NCBI GenBank assembly: GCA_964367815.1 | Contig: CAYIYR010000002.1 | Location: forward strand, 13,903-77,902 | Length of the DNA: 64,000 nt | Origin: an uncultured Eubacteriales bacterium | GTDB taxonomy: Bacteria; Bacillota_I; Bacilli_A; RFN20; UBA1709 | Direction: 5' to 3' | Shown here: piece after piece, positions 26,547 to 35,985 of the stretch | Layout of the letters: every line of letters starts with the position of its first letter | Position numbering within the stretch: position 1 is the stretch's first letter | The notes under the pieces: generated by a model | Told to the model about the DNA's origin: nothing | Seen by the model: only the letters and a program-made list of their open reading frames with translations | The model's database searches: none | Program-made: the position numbers and the translations under genes

Positions 26547-26578
26547 GGTACTGTTAATAACAGTGCCTCTTTTCTTTG
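26547..26578 (+). terminator. Rho-independent terminator of the operon
   Basis: GGTACTGTT-aat-AACAGTGCC followed by TCTTTTCTTT. Confidence 0.7.
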
Positions 26579-26617
26579 TAATTGTGTTATATTATTAGTG
26601 TTGTTGGAGGTGTTAAT

Positions 26618-26998
26618 ATGTCGTTATTAAGGAATGTCGATTGCGTATCATTTTTCTGTGATGATCTAGATGATGGAATCAAGTTTTATACAACTCTCGG
26701 ATTTAAGTCATTATGGCGAACAAAGAATTCCTGTGGTTTAGGAATGGATAGTGATATTACAGAAGTAGTATTGGTTAATGAACACAATCCAATAGTAGAT
26801 TTCAAAGTTGACAATGTTATTGATGCCATTGATGAGTATGTTAAAGCCGGTGGAAAAGTAAAATATGGTCCATTTTATATTGATATTGGCAAATGCGTGG
26901 TTGTTGAGGATAAATGGGGTAACACTTATTGCTTGCTCGATATGACCAAAGGTTTATACCAAGTTGATAAGGATGGAAAAGTCATTGGAGTTAAGTAA
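26618..26998 (+). CDS. VOC (glyoxalase/bleomycin-resistance) family protein
   Basis: About 127 aa from the ATG preceded by GGAGGTG. Fold-typical pattern. Confidence 0.55.
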   Translation: MSLLRNVDCVSFFCDDLDDGIKFYTTLGFKSLWRTKNSCGLGMDSDITEVVLVNEHNPIVDFKVDNVIDAIDEYVKAGGKVKYGPFYIDIGKCVVVEDKWGNTYCLLDMTKGLYQVDKDGKVIGVK

Positions 26999-27054
26999 AT
27001 TCAGTGTTTTAATTGAAGGATAAATGGATGTAAGGTAAAATATAGATGAAGTAG

Positions 27055-28011
27055 GTGGATGTAGTGAAAAGAAAAGTTGGATTAGTATTAGGTGGTGGCG
27101 GAGCAAAAGGTGCCTATCAGATTGGTGTCTATAAAGCGCTACGTGAATATAAGCAGATAGAACAAATCGTGGCTTTCTCTGGAACGTCAATAGGGGCTCT
27201 TAATTTGGTTTTGTTATCTTCTAAGGAAATTGATAAGGCTGAGCGAATTTGGTTAAATTTGAGCCGAAAAAACATCTTAACGTTGAAAAACTGGAAAGAA
27301 TATTTATCTTTCAAGAATTTTAGTGTTCTCTCAAGAAGGGGAATGTTAGAAATCTTTAGTAGTGATATAGATTTTGATAAAGTCTCTAAATGTGAATATC
27401 CATTATATGTTGGCGCGACAAATACAATTGAAGACTGTGGAGAGATATTTAAGTTGAATGGAATGGAATCTAATAAGATTATTGATTGTCTTTCAGCTTC
27501 AAGTGCAATCCCAAAGATATTCGCACAAGTATTTATTAATGGCAAAAAGTATTGTGATGGCTTTCGTTATTTAAATGTTCCCATTCAATGCCTCATTGAA
27601 GAGAAGTGTAACTTCCTATTCACCATTCCCTTAAGTCCTTATCTAGCACCTAAAGATGGTGATTTCCCAGACACCACGATTATCGACTTTAATGAGAAGA
27701 TTTTCGCTAATCTCAAAACTTGGGAAGGGACACTTGGTTTTGATGCCAAGATAGTTGAGGAGAGAATGAATCTTGGTTATAAGAATGCCATGAAATTATT
27801 GGAATTCTTAAGAAAAGAAGGAGTCATTACTGTCACCTTCAAGGATAAAGTCCGTTATTTCTTCGGCAAGATCACTGGTCGGAACAAGAAATTCAAAAAG
27901 TACTATTCTATGGAAGACGTGAATATAATTAAGGAACTACCAAAACCTAATGATGAGGTAGAACAAACCATAGAAGAGGGATCGACCACAGATGGGACAA
28001 AGACTAGTTGA
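27055..28011 (+). CDS. Patatin-like phospholipase
   Basis: GGGGAKG oxyanion motif and GTSIG nucleophile elbow. GTG start. Confidence 0.8.
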   Translation: MDVVKRKVGLVLGGGGAKGAYQIGVYKALREYKQIEQIVAFSGTSIGALNLVLLSSKEIDKAERIWLNLSRKNILTLKNWKEYLSFKNFSVLSRRGMLEIFSSDIDFDKVSKCEYPLYVGATNTIEDCGEIFKLNGMESNKIIDCLSASSAIPKIFAQVFINGKKYCDGFRYLNVPIQCLIEEKCNFLFTIPLSPYLAPKDGDFPDTTIIDFNEKIFANLKTWEGTLGFDAKIVEERMNLGYKNAMKLLEFLRKEGVITVTFKDKVRYFFGKITGRNKKFKKYYSMEDVNIIKELPKPNDEVEQTIEEGSTTDGTKTS

Positions 28012-28810
28012 GTTATTGAAGTATCTTTTGTTAGGCTTTGTGCAGGGCGCTTGTGAGATATTACCTATCTCATCAAGTGGGCATTTAATAATTTTCCAAT
28101 ATATTATGGGGAGGGAAGAAGTAAATCTTGCCTTCTCTGTTTTTTTGCATTTTGGTAGTTTGATAGCGGTATCCATTTTTCTACGCAAGCGAATAGTTGA
28201 ATTGTTAAGTGGAACGTATAAATATCTTATAAAGAAAGATCGGAATTATTATAATCAGGCTCATTATTGCTTGCTACTTGTTTTATCAACAATTGTTACT
28301 GGAATAATTGGTCTAGTATTTGAGGATAAAGTTCAACAGATAAGTACATTAGGCTTTGTGGGATGCGCACTAATTATTAATGGAATATGTTTGTTAATTG
28401 TTAATCGTATAAGTAACAAAGCAACTAAAACTATCAACAATATGCCTTGGTGGAAAGCCGTATTGATTGGACTGGGTCAAGGGGTCGGAATACTTCCTGG
28501 TATTTCTCGTAGTGGAGCGACACTTGGAACATCAATTGCGGTTGGAGTCAAAAAAGAAGTCGCTGCTGAGTATGCATTTCTTCTTTTTATTCCCGTAGAA
28601 TTTGGAGCATTAATCATCAGCATTGATGATTTAATGACAACTGAAAAGTCTCTGATTATCCCATATATTTTAGGAATGGTAATCGCCGCAATTACTACAT
28701 ACTTTGCGCTCGTTTTATTTTTGGGAGTAATTAAAAAGAAGAAGATTAATTACTTCTCCTTTTACTCGTTAATTGTTGGTGTTATTTGCACTCTGGTTTA
28801 TTTTTTTTAA
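27992..28810 (+). CDS. uppP: Undecaprenyl-diphosphatase
   Basis: EILPISSSGHL and GISRSGAT motifs typical of BacA/UppP. Confidence 0.9.
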   Translation: MGQRLVELLKYLLLGFVQGACEILPISSSGHLIIFQYIMGREEVNLAFSVFLHFGSLIAVSIFLRKRIVELLSGTYKYLIKKDRNYYNQAHYCLLLVLSTIVTGIIGLVFEDKVQQISTLGFVGCALIINGICLLIVNRISNKATKTINNMPWWKAVLIGLGQGVGILPGISRSGATLGTSIAVGVKKEVAAEYAFLLFIPVEFGALIISIDDLMTTEKSLIIPYILGMVIAAITTYFALVLFLGVIKKKKINYFSFYSLIVGVICTLVYFF

Positions 28811-29329
28811 TCGTTGAATAACGTCGCAATCGGGGCAAAGTTATAATTAGAACAAAGCAATAAAAGATGCCAAAAGCGATAGCAATCCCACATCTTGCAA
28901 CTAAGCCCGTGATGATATATGGGGTAGGATAACCCATGATTAATCCATCAAGCCACATGGCCAAAGTATTAAGTCCGGTGGCAACGGCGGAAGTTAGAAA
29001 AACAGTTACAATCACTTTCTTGGGATTAAAATCTTCACTCTTAAGGGCTTTTGCGAGTAGTCCACTAATGAAACCCCAAGCAATTGGTGCTAGCATCCAT
29101 AATGGTGCGGTAGCAGACAATCCATAAATAATTTGGGCAATCATGCCAGTAACAAAACCAGCTAAAGCACCAACTAGCGGACCAAAAAGTATGCCAGTAA
29201 TCATCAATGGCAGACCATAAAGCGTATATTTTGATTCGTTGGTTTTGAAACTAATATAGTCCAATACAATAGCGAAAGTTGCCATTGAGGCAGCAATAGC
29301 CATCTGCTTAGTCGTAATCTTGCTCATAA
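28782..29329 (-). CDS. folT: ECF transporter S component, folate family (FolT)
   Basis: ECF-S-like small 5-6 TM protein. Start taken at MSKITTK behind GGAGG. A THF riboswitch lies immediately upstream. Confidence 0.7.
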
Positions 29330-29452
29330 AAAAGACCTCCAAACGAGGTCCGCTATAACAGCGGACGCATTGGTAAACCGCCACATCGTGTGTTCGTGTA
29401 TTCACGACTTCCCATTGAATACCACTTAACGCTTACCAACTACTCTGTTGAA
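29330..29452 (-). promoter_or_regulatory. THF (tetrahydrofolate) riboswitch with an SD-sequestering expression platform.
   Basis: The minus-strand transcript contains AGAGUAG...GCGUUAAGUG...AAUGGGAAGUCGU...ACACGA...GCGGU...AAUGCGUCCGCU, which matches the THF aptamer consensus. A downstream ACCUC...GGAGGU helix occludes the folT SD. Confidence 0.8.
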
Positions 29453-29532
29453 ATCATTATATAATAATGCAGATAGAAATGCAAAAAGATAATCGGATAT
29501 GTTATAGTTAAAAAGTAGAAAGAAGGACGAGT

Positions 29533-30192
29533 ATGGTTACTAATGGTTGGAAAGAGATTATCGACAATGAAATCAAGCAAGATTATTTTCACGATTTGAG
29601 TGCCTTTGTTAAGAATGAATATGCCACCAAAACAATTTATCCGAAAGGAAAGAATATTTTTAAGGCCTTTGAATTAACAGACTTTTCTGATGTTCGTGTA
29701 GTAATCATTGGTCAAGATCCTTATCATAATCCAAACCAAGCCCAAGGTTTATGTTTTTCCGTTCCTGCTGATGAAGAAATACCGCCTAGTTTAGTCAATA
29801 TTTTCAAGGAGTTACACGATGATATAGGAATTGATATTCCCAAGAGTGGCAATTTGGAAAAATGGGCTAGCAATGGTGTATTATTATTAAATGCTATTTT
29901 AACGGTTCAAGCTCATCGTCCCTTGTCTCATAGTGGGAAGGGCTGGGAAATATTTTCGGAAAATATTATCAAAAAGCTCAATGAGGATGATAGTCCGAAA
30001 GTTTTTATGCTTTGGGGTAATTATGCGAAAACAAAAGCACCCCTTATTACCAATCCTAAGCATTTGGTTTTAATGGCTAATCACCCATCACCTTTATCTG
30101 CCTACCGAGGGTTCTTTGGCTGTCATCACTTCTCCCAAGCCAATAATTATTTGGTTGAGAATGGTCGTAAACCTATCGACTGGTCAATATAA
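29533..30192 (+). CDS. ung: Uracil-DNA glycosylase
   Basis: The motifs GQDPYH, LLLN and HPSPLSA. Confidence 0.92.
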   Translation: MVTNGWKEIIDNEIKQDYFHDLSAFVKNEYATKTIYPKGKNIFKAFELTDFSDVRVVIIGQDPYHNPNQAQGLCFSVPADEEIPPSLVNIFKELHDDIGIDIPKSGNLEKWASNGVLLLNAILTVQAHRPLSHSGKGWEIFSENIIKKLNEDDSPKVFMLWGNYAKTKAPLITNPKHLVLMANHPSPLSAYRGFFGCHHFSQANNYLVENGRKPIDWSI

Positions 30193-30195
30193 TTA

Positions 30196-30227
30196 AAGCA
30201 CCAACTTATTCAGCTGGTGCTTTTTCT
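30196..30227. terminator. Bidirectional terminator between the convergent ung and gerQ genes.
   Basis: AAAGCACCAAC...GCTGGTGCTTTTTCT. Confidence 0.75.
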
Positions 30228-30630
30228 ATCTAATTGGATATTCGTAATTAATCTCTTCGTTGAATTCCACCCAATCAAGATAAACATTCAATAAAATATA
30301 CCGTTTCCCATCTTTGGGGTTACTAATAATGATGTGGTCTCTTCCGGCCGCTTCAATTACGCCTTGGTAAACGCGATCTCTCCATTCCAGTGAATCACTA
30401 TAGGTAAAATAAAAGGTTCCAAATTTTCCTCTGTTTAGCCGAAGAATGTTTTCAATATAGGATTCTTCGATATCATCACGATTAGTGTTAAGACCTGGAT
30501 TGGTTGGAGTAGGATAAGTTGGGTAATTTTGTGGTGGTATTGGCCGTGGTGGAGGCGGATACATTGGTCCTTGATTTGGTACTGGTCCTCCTGGGTAAGG
30601 CATAGCAAATGGCATATTTGCTTCTTGCAT
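30226..30630 (-). CDS. gerQ: Spore coat protein GerQ-like
   Basis: Pro/Gln-rich N-terminus and the conserved C-terminal block SYIENILRLNRGK...GVIEAAGRDHIIISNPKDGKRYILL..YLDWVEF. Confidence 0.7.
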   Translation of the reverse strand: MQEANMPFAMPYPGGPVPNQGPMYPPPPRPIPPQNYPTYPTPTNPGLNTNRDDIEESYIENILRLNRGKFGTFYFTYSDSLEWRDRVYQGVIEAAGRDHIIISNPKDGKRYILLNVYLDWVEFNEEINYEYPIR

Positions 30631-30711
30631 AATATAGTCACTCCTTTTTCAGTTAAGTATATGCACTTTAGATTTAAAACTTGCTTAATTGTTTGTTTTG
30701 AAGCATAATAT

Positions 30712-30850
30712 TTACGGGAGTTCACCGAAGTGGACTGAGAGTATTCCTGATACGGGAATAGACCGGACCTGATCTAGGTAATGCTAGCGGAGGGATTTAG
30801 TGATAAACCTTTCTTAATCTTTGCTAGCCAAAGATTTTTCTTTTTTGGAG
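30712..30850 (+). promoter_or_regulatory. TPP riboswitch with an intrinsic terminator
   Basis: GGGAG...CUGAGA...ACCUGAUCUAGGUAAUGCUAGCGGAGGGA, followed by CTTTG-ctagc-CAAAG and a T-run. Confidence 0.85.
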
Positions 30851-30859
30851 GATAATTAG

Positions 30860-31441
30860 ATGAATAAGAGTATTAGAGTGATGTGTGAAACAGCAATTTT
30901 TGTGGCTTTAGCTGTTTTGCTGGATTGGTTATTTAAGATGATACCTTTCTTAGATATGCCGGCCGGTGGGAGCCTTTCTATTGCGATGCTTCCCATTATC
31001 TTGATTGGCTTCCGCAATGGAACAAAATGGGGGATTATCGGTGGCCTGTGTTACGCGGTAATCAATTTCTTTCTCGACGGTAGGTTTTGGCATTTAGGTT
31101 CAATCTTTTTTGACTATATCTTTGCTTTTGGTGTCCTGGGATTAACGGGATTATTCAAAAAGAAAGGGCAAAAAGTTGGTTGGTATGTATTCGCAATCGT
31201 ATTTGTTTGCTTTCTTCGCTATCTCTGTCATAGCTTAAGTGGAGTTTTGTTTTTTGCTAGTTATGCCGAAGATTGGTTTATAGAGAATCCTAACTCATTC
31301 GCAGTTGGTTCGGCCTTTCTTTATAGTTTTGTAATCTATAACCTTCCTTATATGCTTGCTAGTACTGTTGCAACTGTCATTATCGCTTTAGGATTATATC
31401 GTTTCATCTATCCAAAAACTAATGTAAATAAAGCTGTGTAG
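30860..31441 (+). CDS. thiT: ECF transporter S component for thiamine (ThiT)
   Basis: 193-aa ECF-S architecture directly downstream of the TPP riboswitch. Confidence 0.75.
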   Translation: MNKSIRVMCETAIFVALAVLLDWLFKMIPFLDMPAGGSLSIAMLPIILIGFRNGTKWGIIGGLCYAVINFFLDGRFWHLGSIFFDYIFAFGVLGLTGLFKKKGQKVGWYVFAIVFVCFLRYLCHSLSGVLFFASYAEDWFIENPNSFAVGSAFLYSFVIYNLPYMLASTVATVIIALGLYRFIYPKTNVNKAV

Positions 31442-31478
31442 TGTTATAATACTTATAACTACTACGGGGGATAATAAT

Positions 31479-32642
31479 ATGTTCGAAAAATTTAATAAAA
31501 AGCCCAATCGTCGCAACACAAATTGCTATAAATGGGATCTACAAGCGCCAGATAATCGTTTGCCTTTTGGTGTCGCAGATAGTGATTATCCTACGGTGCC
31601 TTGCATAATTAAAGCTATTCAAAGACGAGCAGAGAATGGTTATTTTGGTTATTCAATCATTGGCAATCAATATAAAGAAGCAATTAAGACATGGTATATT
31701 AAAAGTCATAATACATCAATTGAGACCGATTGGATTGTGCCGGTCACGGGAGTCTTAAAAGCGGTTGAAGTAATTTTGAAAGTTATTAGTCAACCCGGCG
31801 ACAAAGTGATTATTCAGACTCCAGTTTATGTATGCTTTTTTCAACTCCTTTCAGGAATGAATCGTAGCATTGTCGAAAATAAATTAATTAATGATGATGA
31901 ACATTATTCAATGGATTATAACGATTTGGAGGAGAAATTTAAGCAAGGAAATAAAATTCTTTTGTTGTGTAGCCCTCATAACCCTATTGGGAGAGTATGG
32001 ACAAAAGATGAATTAAAAAAAGTAGCCGAATTGGCCATAAAATATGATGTTACAGTTATTAGTGATGAAATACACGCTGACATTATTATGGAGAGTAATA
32101 GCTTTGTTTCAATGCTGAACTTTAAAGAATTATATAAGCATTTATTTGTTACCTCAGCGCCGAGCAAAACATTCAATATGGCCGGTCTTCATTCCTCTTA
32201 TCTTATTTGTCCAAACAAAGAGATAAAGGATAAGTGTCAAGCATATACTAGTGCAATCTATATGGCTGGTGTTAATTGCTTGGCCGAAGAGGCCACCATT
32301 GCGGCTTATATAGAAGAGGAAGCCTATGAATGGATGCTTACACAAAATCTCTTTATTAAGAGCAACTATGAGATGTTAGTCGATTACTTAGCACAACATC
32401 TGCCAAGGGCAAAAGTTCCGCCATTACAAGGAACCTTTCTTGTTTGGGTTAATCTTGAATATCTTAAATTGAACAGTGCTGAAATTTATAATCTACTTTA
32501 TTCGGCCGGCATTGCTATCAGCAAAGGGAAAGATTACGGAAGTGAATATGATGGTTATATCCGCTTCAATATTGCTTGTCCTCAACAGCAATTATTAACT
32601 GGACTAAAAGTCTTTTGTCAGTCTTTGAATTCTATTAAATAA
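31479..32642 (+). CDS. patB: PLP-dependent C-S lyase (MalY/PatB-type aminotransferase class I/II)
   Basis: 387 aa with LLCSPHNPIGRVW and SKTFNMAG (the PLP-lysine region). Confidence 0.75.
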   Translation: MFEKFNKKPNRRNTNCYKWDLQAPDNRLPFGVADSDYPTVPCIIKAIQRRAENGYFGYSIIGNQYKEAIKTWYIKSHNTSIETDWIVPVTGVLKAVEVILKVISQPGDKVIIQTPVYVCFFQLLSGMNRSIVENKLINDDEHYSMDYNDLEEKFKQGNKILLLCSPHNPIGRVWTKDELKKVAELAIKYDVTVISDEIHADIIMESNSFVSMLNFKELYKHLFVTSAPSKTFNMAGLHSSYLICPNKEIKDKCQAYTSAIYMAGVNCLAEEATIAAYIEEEAYEWMLTQNLFIKSNYEMLVDYLAQHLPRAKVPPLQGTFLVWVNLEYLKLNSAEIYNLLYSAGIAISKGKDYGSEYDGYIRFNIACPQQQLLTGLKVFCQSLNSIK

Positions 32643-32723
32643 GGTTTGTCGAACAGTAAGTATTGAAAAATAACGTGATTTTTAGTACAATAAGAAAGTT
32701 AAGTGCGAAAGGAATGAATTTAT

Positions 32724-33443
32724 ATGGGAAGAGCGCATGAAGTTAGAAAAGCCGCGATGGAAAAAACCAACGCTGCCAAAACAAAAGTATATTCGAAGTT
32801 TGGTAAAGAAATTTTGCTTGCAGCAAAAAGTGGCGTTCCTGACCCGGACATGAATTTATCCTTGCGGAGAACTATTGAAAGAGCCAAAAAAGCTCAAGTT
32901 CCTGCCGACATTATTAAAAGAGCAATTGAAAGAGCAAAATCTGGAAGCGGTGAAGATTATACTGTAGCTATTTATGAGGGCTTTGGTCCTGGTGCATCAA
33001 CGGTTATTGTCGAGTGCCTTACCGATAATCTAAATCGTTCAGTCAGTTCCGTTAGATCAACTATCACCAAGAACAAAGGAAAACTAGGTATTGGTGGTAG
33101 CGTTATGCATAACTATAATCATGTTTCACTAGTCAGTTGTACTGGCGTCAGCGAGGATCAAGCACTTGAAGCCTTACTTATGGCGGAAATTGATGTGAAA
33201 TCAGTGGAAACAGATGAAGATTTAGTAATAGTTTATGGTGAACCAAACGATCGTGATTCAATAAAAGAAACTCTTGAATCAATCGAGGGAGCAACTATTG
33301 ATTCGGCGGAAACAACCTATGTTCCCGAGAATGATGAATATGTTACTTTGGAAGGCGAAGATAAGGAATTATTTGTAAGAATGCTTCAAATGTTGGAAGA
33401 CATCGAAGACGTTCAAGAAGTATATCACAACGTCGACTTATAG
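32724..33443 (+). CDS. YebC/PmpR-family transcriptional regulator
   Basis: YebC-like N-terminus and a length of 239 aa. Confidence 0.88.
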   Translation: MGRAHEVRKAAMEKTNAAKTKVYSKFGKEILLAAKSGVPDPDMNLSLRRTIERAKKAQVPADIIKRAIERAKSGSGEDYTVAIYEGFGPGASTVIVECLTDNLNRSVSSVRSTITKNKGKLGIGGSVMHNYNHVSLVSCTGVSEDQALEALLMAEIDVKSVETDEDLVIVYGEPNDRDSIKETLESIEGATIDSAETTYVPENDEYVTLEGEDKELFVRMLQMLEDIEDVQEVYHNVDL

Positions 33444-33464
33444 ATACCTAACGGTTGAGGTGGT

Positions 33465-33494
33465 CAAGACAGCACACCAGTCTTGTTTAATTTA
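33465..33494 (+). terminator. Rho-independent terminator
   Basis: CAAGAC-agcacacca-GTCTTG followed by TTTAATTT. Confidence 0.65.
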
Positions 33495-33518
33495 ATCAAT
33501 GAAAGGGATTGACTAATT

Positions 33519-34685
33519 ATGATAAGATTACTTGCGCGGATTTTTATCAAAGATAGAAAAAACTATCAGGACCTCAAGGTTCGGGAGAAATACGGTATAT
33601 TATGTGGGGTTACAGGAATTGTTTGTAACATTATTTCCTCTGCGGGAAAAATTATTGTTGGCATTATAAGTGGCAGCATTGCAGTTCTATCCGATGGCTT
33701 GAATAACTTAGCGGATATGGCTTCATCAGTCATTGGAATTATCTCTGCCAAACTGTCTAATCGACGTCCCGATAAGGAACATCCATTTGGTCATGGTCGC
33801 TATGAATATATTGCGAGTTTGACAGTTGCTTTCCTTATTCTATTTATGGCTTTGGAATTAATGATTAGTTCTGTTCAGAAAGTAATCACGCCCGAGCCAG
33901 TTGATTTCAGTATTATTTTAATTATCGCTATGGGTGGATCGATTTTAATCAAACTATGGATGTTTGGTTACAACTATATTTATGCCAAGAAAACTCAATC
34001 AATGGTTTTAAAAGCAACCTCTTTTGATAGTATCAGTGATGTTATCACTACGAGTGTTATCTTAATTGCTACGATTGTTGGCCAATATACAACTTTTCCT
34101 TTAGATGCGTTAGGTGGAATTCTTGTTTCAGCGTTAATCGCTTTTGGTGGATTGAAGATTGCAAAAGAAGCAATTAAAACCTTATTAGGTAATCCTCCAT
34201 CCAAAGAGACCATTACGAAAATTACGAAAATGGTTATGAGTGGCAAGGGAATAATCGGAACTCACGATTTGATGGTTCATGATTATGGGCCTGGTCGTTC
34301 ATTTGCTTCCATTCATGCGGAGGTAAGTGACAAAGCTGATATTGTTCAAATTCATGAAGTCATTGATCGGATTGAAACGGAGATAAGTCAGGAGTTAGGT
34401 ATCATAATGGTCATCCATATGGATCCAATCTCAACTAGTGAAGATGTAGTTGAGCATAAACAAATGGTTCAGAATGTAATTACAGAGATTAGTCCATCTT
34501 TGAAACTTCATGATTTCCGTATGGTTGGTGGTGTGAATCAGATTAATTTAATTTTTGATTTGGTTGTTCCATATAATTGGACGGCCGAACAAAGAAGAAC
34601 GATATCTACACAGATAAGTGAGAAATTAACGGCCTTAGATTCTCGTTATAAATGTGTCATTCAAGTTGAAACAGAATTTGTTTAA
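33519..34685 (+). CDS. Cation diffusion facilitator (CDF) family metal efflux transporter
   Basis: Six TM helices plus a cytoplasmic domain. HPFGHGRYE motif. Confidence 0.85.
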   Translation: MIRLLARIFIKDRKNYQDLKVREKYGILCGVTGIVCNIISSAGKIIVGIISGSIAVLSDGLNNLADMASSVIGIISAKLSNRRPDKEHPFGHGRYEYIASLTVAFLILFMALELMISSVQKVITPEPVDFSIILIIAMGGSILIKLWMFGYNYIYAKKTQSMVLKATSFDSISDVITTSVILIATIVGQYTTFPLDALGGILVSALIAFGGLKIAKEAIKTLLGNPPSKETITKITKMVMSGKGIIGTHDLMVHDYGPGRSFASIHAEVSDKADIVQIHEVIDRIETEISQELGIIMVIHMDPISTSEDVVEHKQMVQNVITEISPSLKLHDFRMVGGVNQINLIFDLVVPYNWTAEQRRTISTQISEKLTALDSRYKCVIQVETEFV

Positions 34686-34778
34686 AGTCAGCGAAAGTTG
34701 ACTTTTTTTACTAATAAATCGTTTTAGTGGCAAAATAACACTCATTGTGGTAATATAACTTAGCAAAGGAGGGATAGC

Positions 34779-35765
34779 ATGGAAAAAGAAGTAAATAAAA
34801 AAGAAGAAGTTTCGTTTACAAAGACAGTTAAAGAAGAAGTATCCCTCTATGAAGAACGAACCCCTAACCAATTCAAAGTATTGTTGTCGGCTTTCATTAA
34901 AATTAATGGCCATTTGGTTTTAAGAAATAACGAATGGATAATTGTTATCAAGAGTGAAAATATTAAGACAGCGAAAATGATTTTGAAACATTTAAAGCTA
35001 CTATATGATGTTGAAACTAGGGTAGCAATTAGTGAAAAGCGCCGCTTGAGAGTCAGTGGTGATAACAAGATTGTTAATATTGAAGTCAGCCATAATGCGA
35101 AAGAAGTCCTCGAGGACTTGCAGATTTATAACGAGTCCCAAGGATTTGAAGGTTTACCAACCAGTCAATTCTTAGGTGAAGCCGAATTGAAGAAGGCATA
35201 TCTAGCGGGAGCATTTTTAGCATCAGGCAGTGTGAATTCGCCAGTTACAAAGAATTATCACTTAGAGATAGCGGTTAATGGTAAGTATTATGGAGATTAT
35301 ATAATTCGCTTATTAAAGCGTTTCTATCTTGATGGAAAACAGATTCAAAGAAGAAATCAGACAATCGTTTACTTAAAAAAGAGCGAACAAATAGGCGACT
35401 TTTTAAAGATTTTAGGTGCTTGGCAGAGTCTTCTGAAGTTTGAAGAGATAAGAATTCAACGTGATCAGTTTAATTCCTTAAATCGCATTTACAATTGCGA
35501 AATCTCTAATGAAAAAAAAGCGATGGAGATAGGAAACAAGCAAGCGGAAAGTATTAGTTGGTATCAACAAAATATTGGATTAGAGCATCTACCGGAAGCC
35601 CTGAAAGTGGTGGCGGAAGTAAGACTTGCAAATCCTGAGGGAACATACTTGGAATTAGCCGAAGAATGCCATGAAAACTTTGGGGTGCAGATTTCTAAAC
35701 CTGGGTTCTCTTACCGCATGCAGAAATTATTGGATGAAATAGCAAAAGTTAGAGGTGAACACTAA
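34779..35765 (+). CDS. whiA: DNA-binding protein WhiA
   Basis: SFTKTVKEEV N-terminus, LAGLIDADG-like core and a C-terminal HTH. 328 aa. Confidence 0.85.
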   Translation: MEKEVNKKEEVSFTKTVKEEVSLYEERTPNQFKVLLSAFIKINGHLVLRNNEWIIVIKSENIKTAKMILKHLKLLYDVETRVAISEKRRLRVSGDNKIVNIEVSHNAKEVLEDLQIYNESQGFEGLPTSQFLGEAELKKAYLAGAFLASGSVNSPVTKNYHLEIAVNGKYYGDYIIRLLKRFYLDGKQIQRRNQTIVYLKKSEQIGDFLKILGAWQSLLKFEEIRIQRDQFNSLNRIYNCEISNEKKAMEIGNKQAESISWYQQNIGLEHLPEALKVVAEVRLANPEGTYLELAEECHENFGVQISKPGFSYRMQKLLDEIAKVRGEH

Positions 35766-35977
35766 TGAAGCAAGAAATAGAAGTAGTATTTGGTGAGCGT
35801 GTTCGGGTTTTGAGAAAACTATTGAACATTTCTCAAGATGAGTTAGCTTTCAGAGCTGACTTACACCGCAACTATATTTCCGATGTAGAATGTGGAAGAC
35901 GCAATGTTTCATTGAAAGCCATTGAAAAGATTGCTAATGGGTTGAATGTTCCCATTGATACTTTATTTGTTAAATAG
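35765..35977 (+). CDS. XRE-family helix-turn-helix transcriptional regulator
   Basis: The LRKLLNISQDELAFRADLHRNYISDVECGRRNVSL HTH_3 pattern. Its start overlaps the whiA stop. Confidence 0.8.
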   Translation: MKQEIEVVFGERVRVLRKLLNISQDELAFRADLHRNYISDVECGRRNVSLKAIEKIANGLNVPIDTLFVK

Positions 35978-35985
35978 GAGAGTAT

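Noticed and set aside
26582-26617. Longer VOC-family ORF starting at 26582 (MCYIISVVGG...).
   Set aside because: The ATG at 26618 is preceded by GGAGGTG at ideal spacing. The upstream extension has no SD and overlaps the terminator region.
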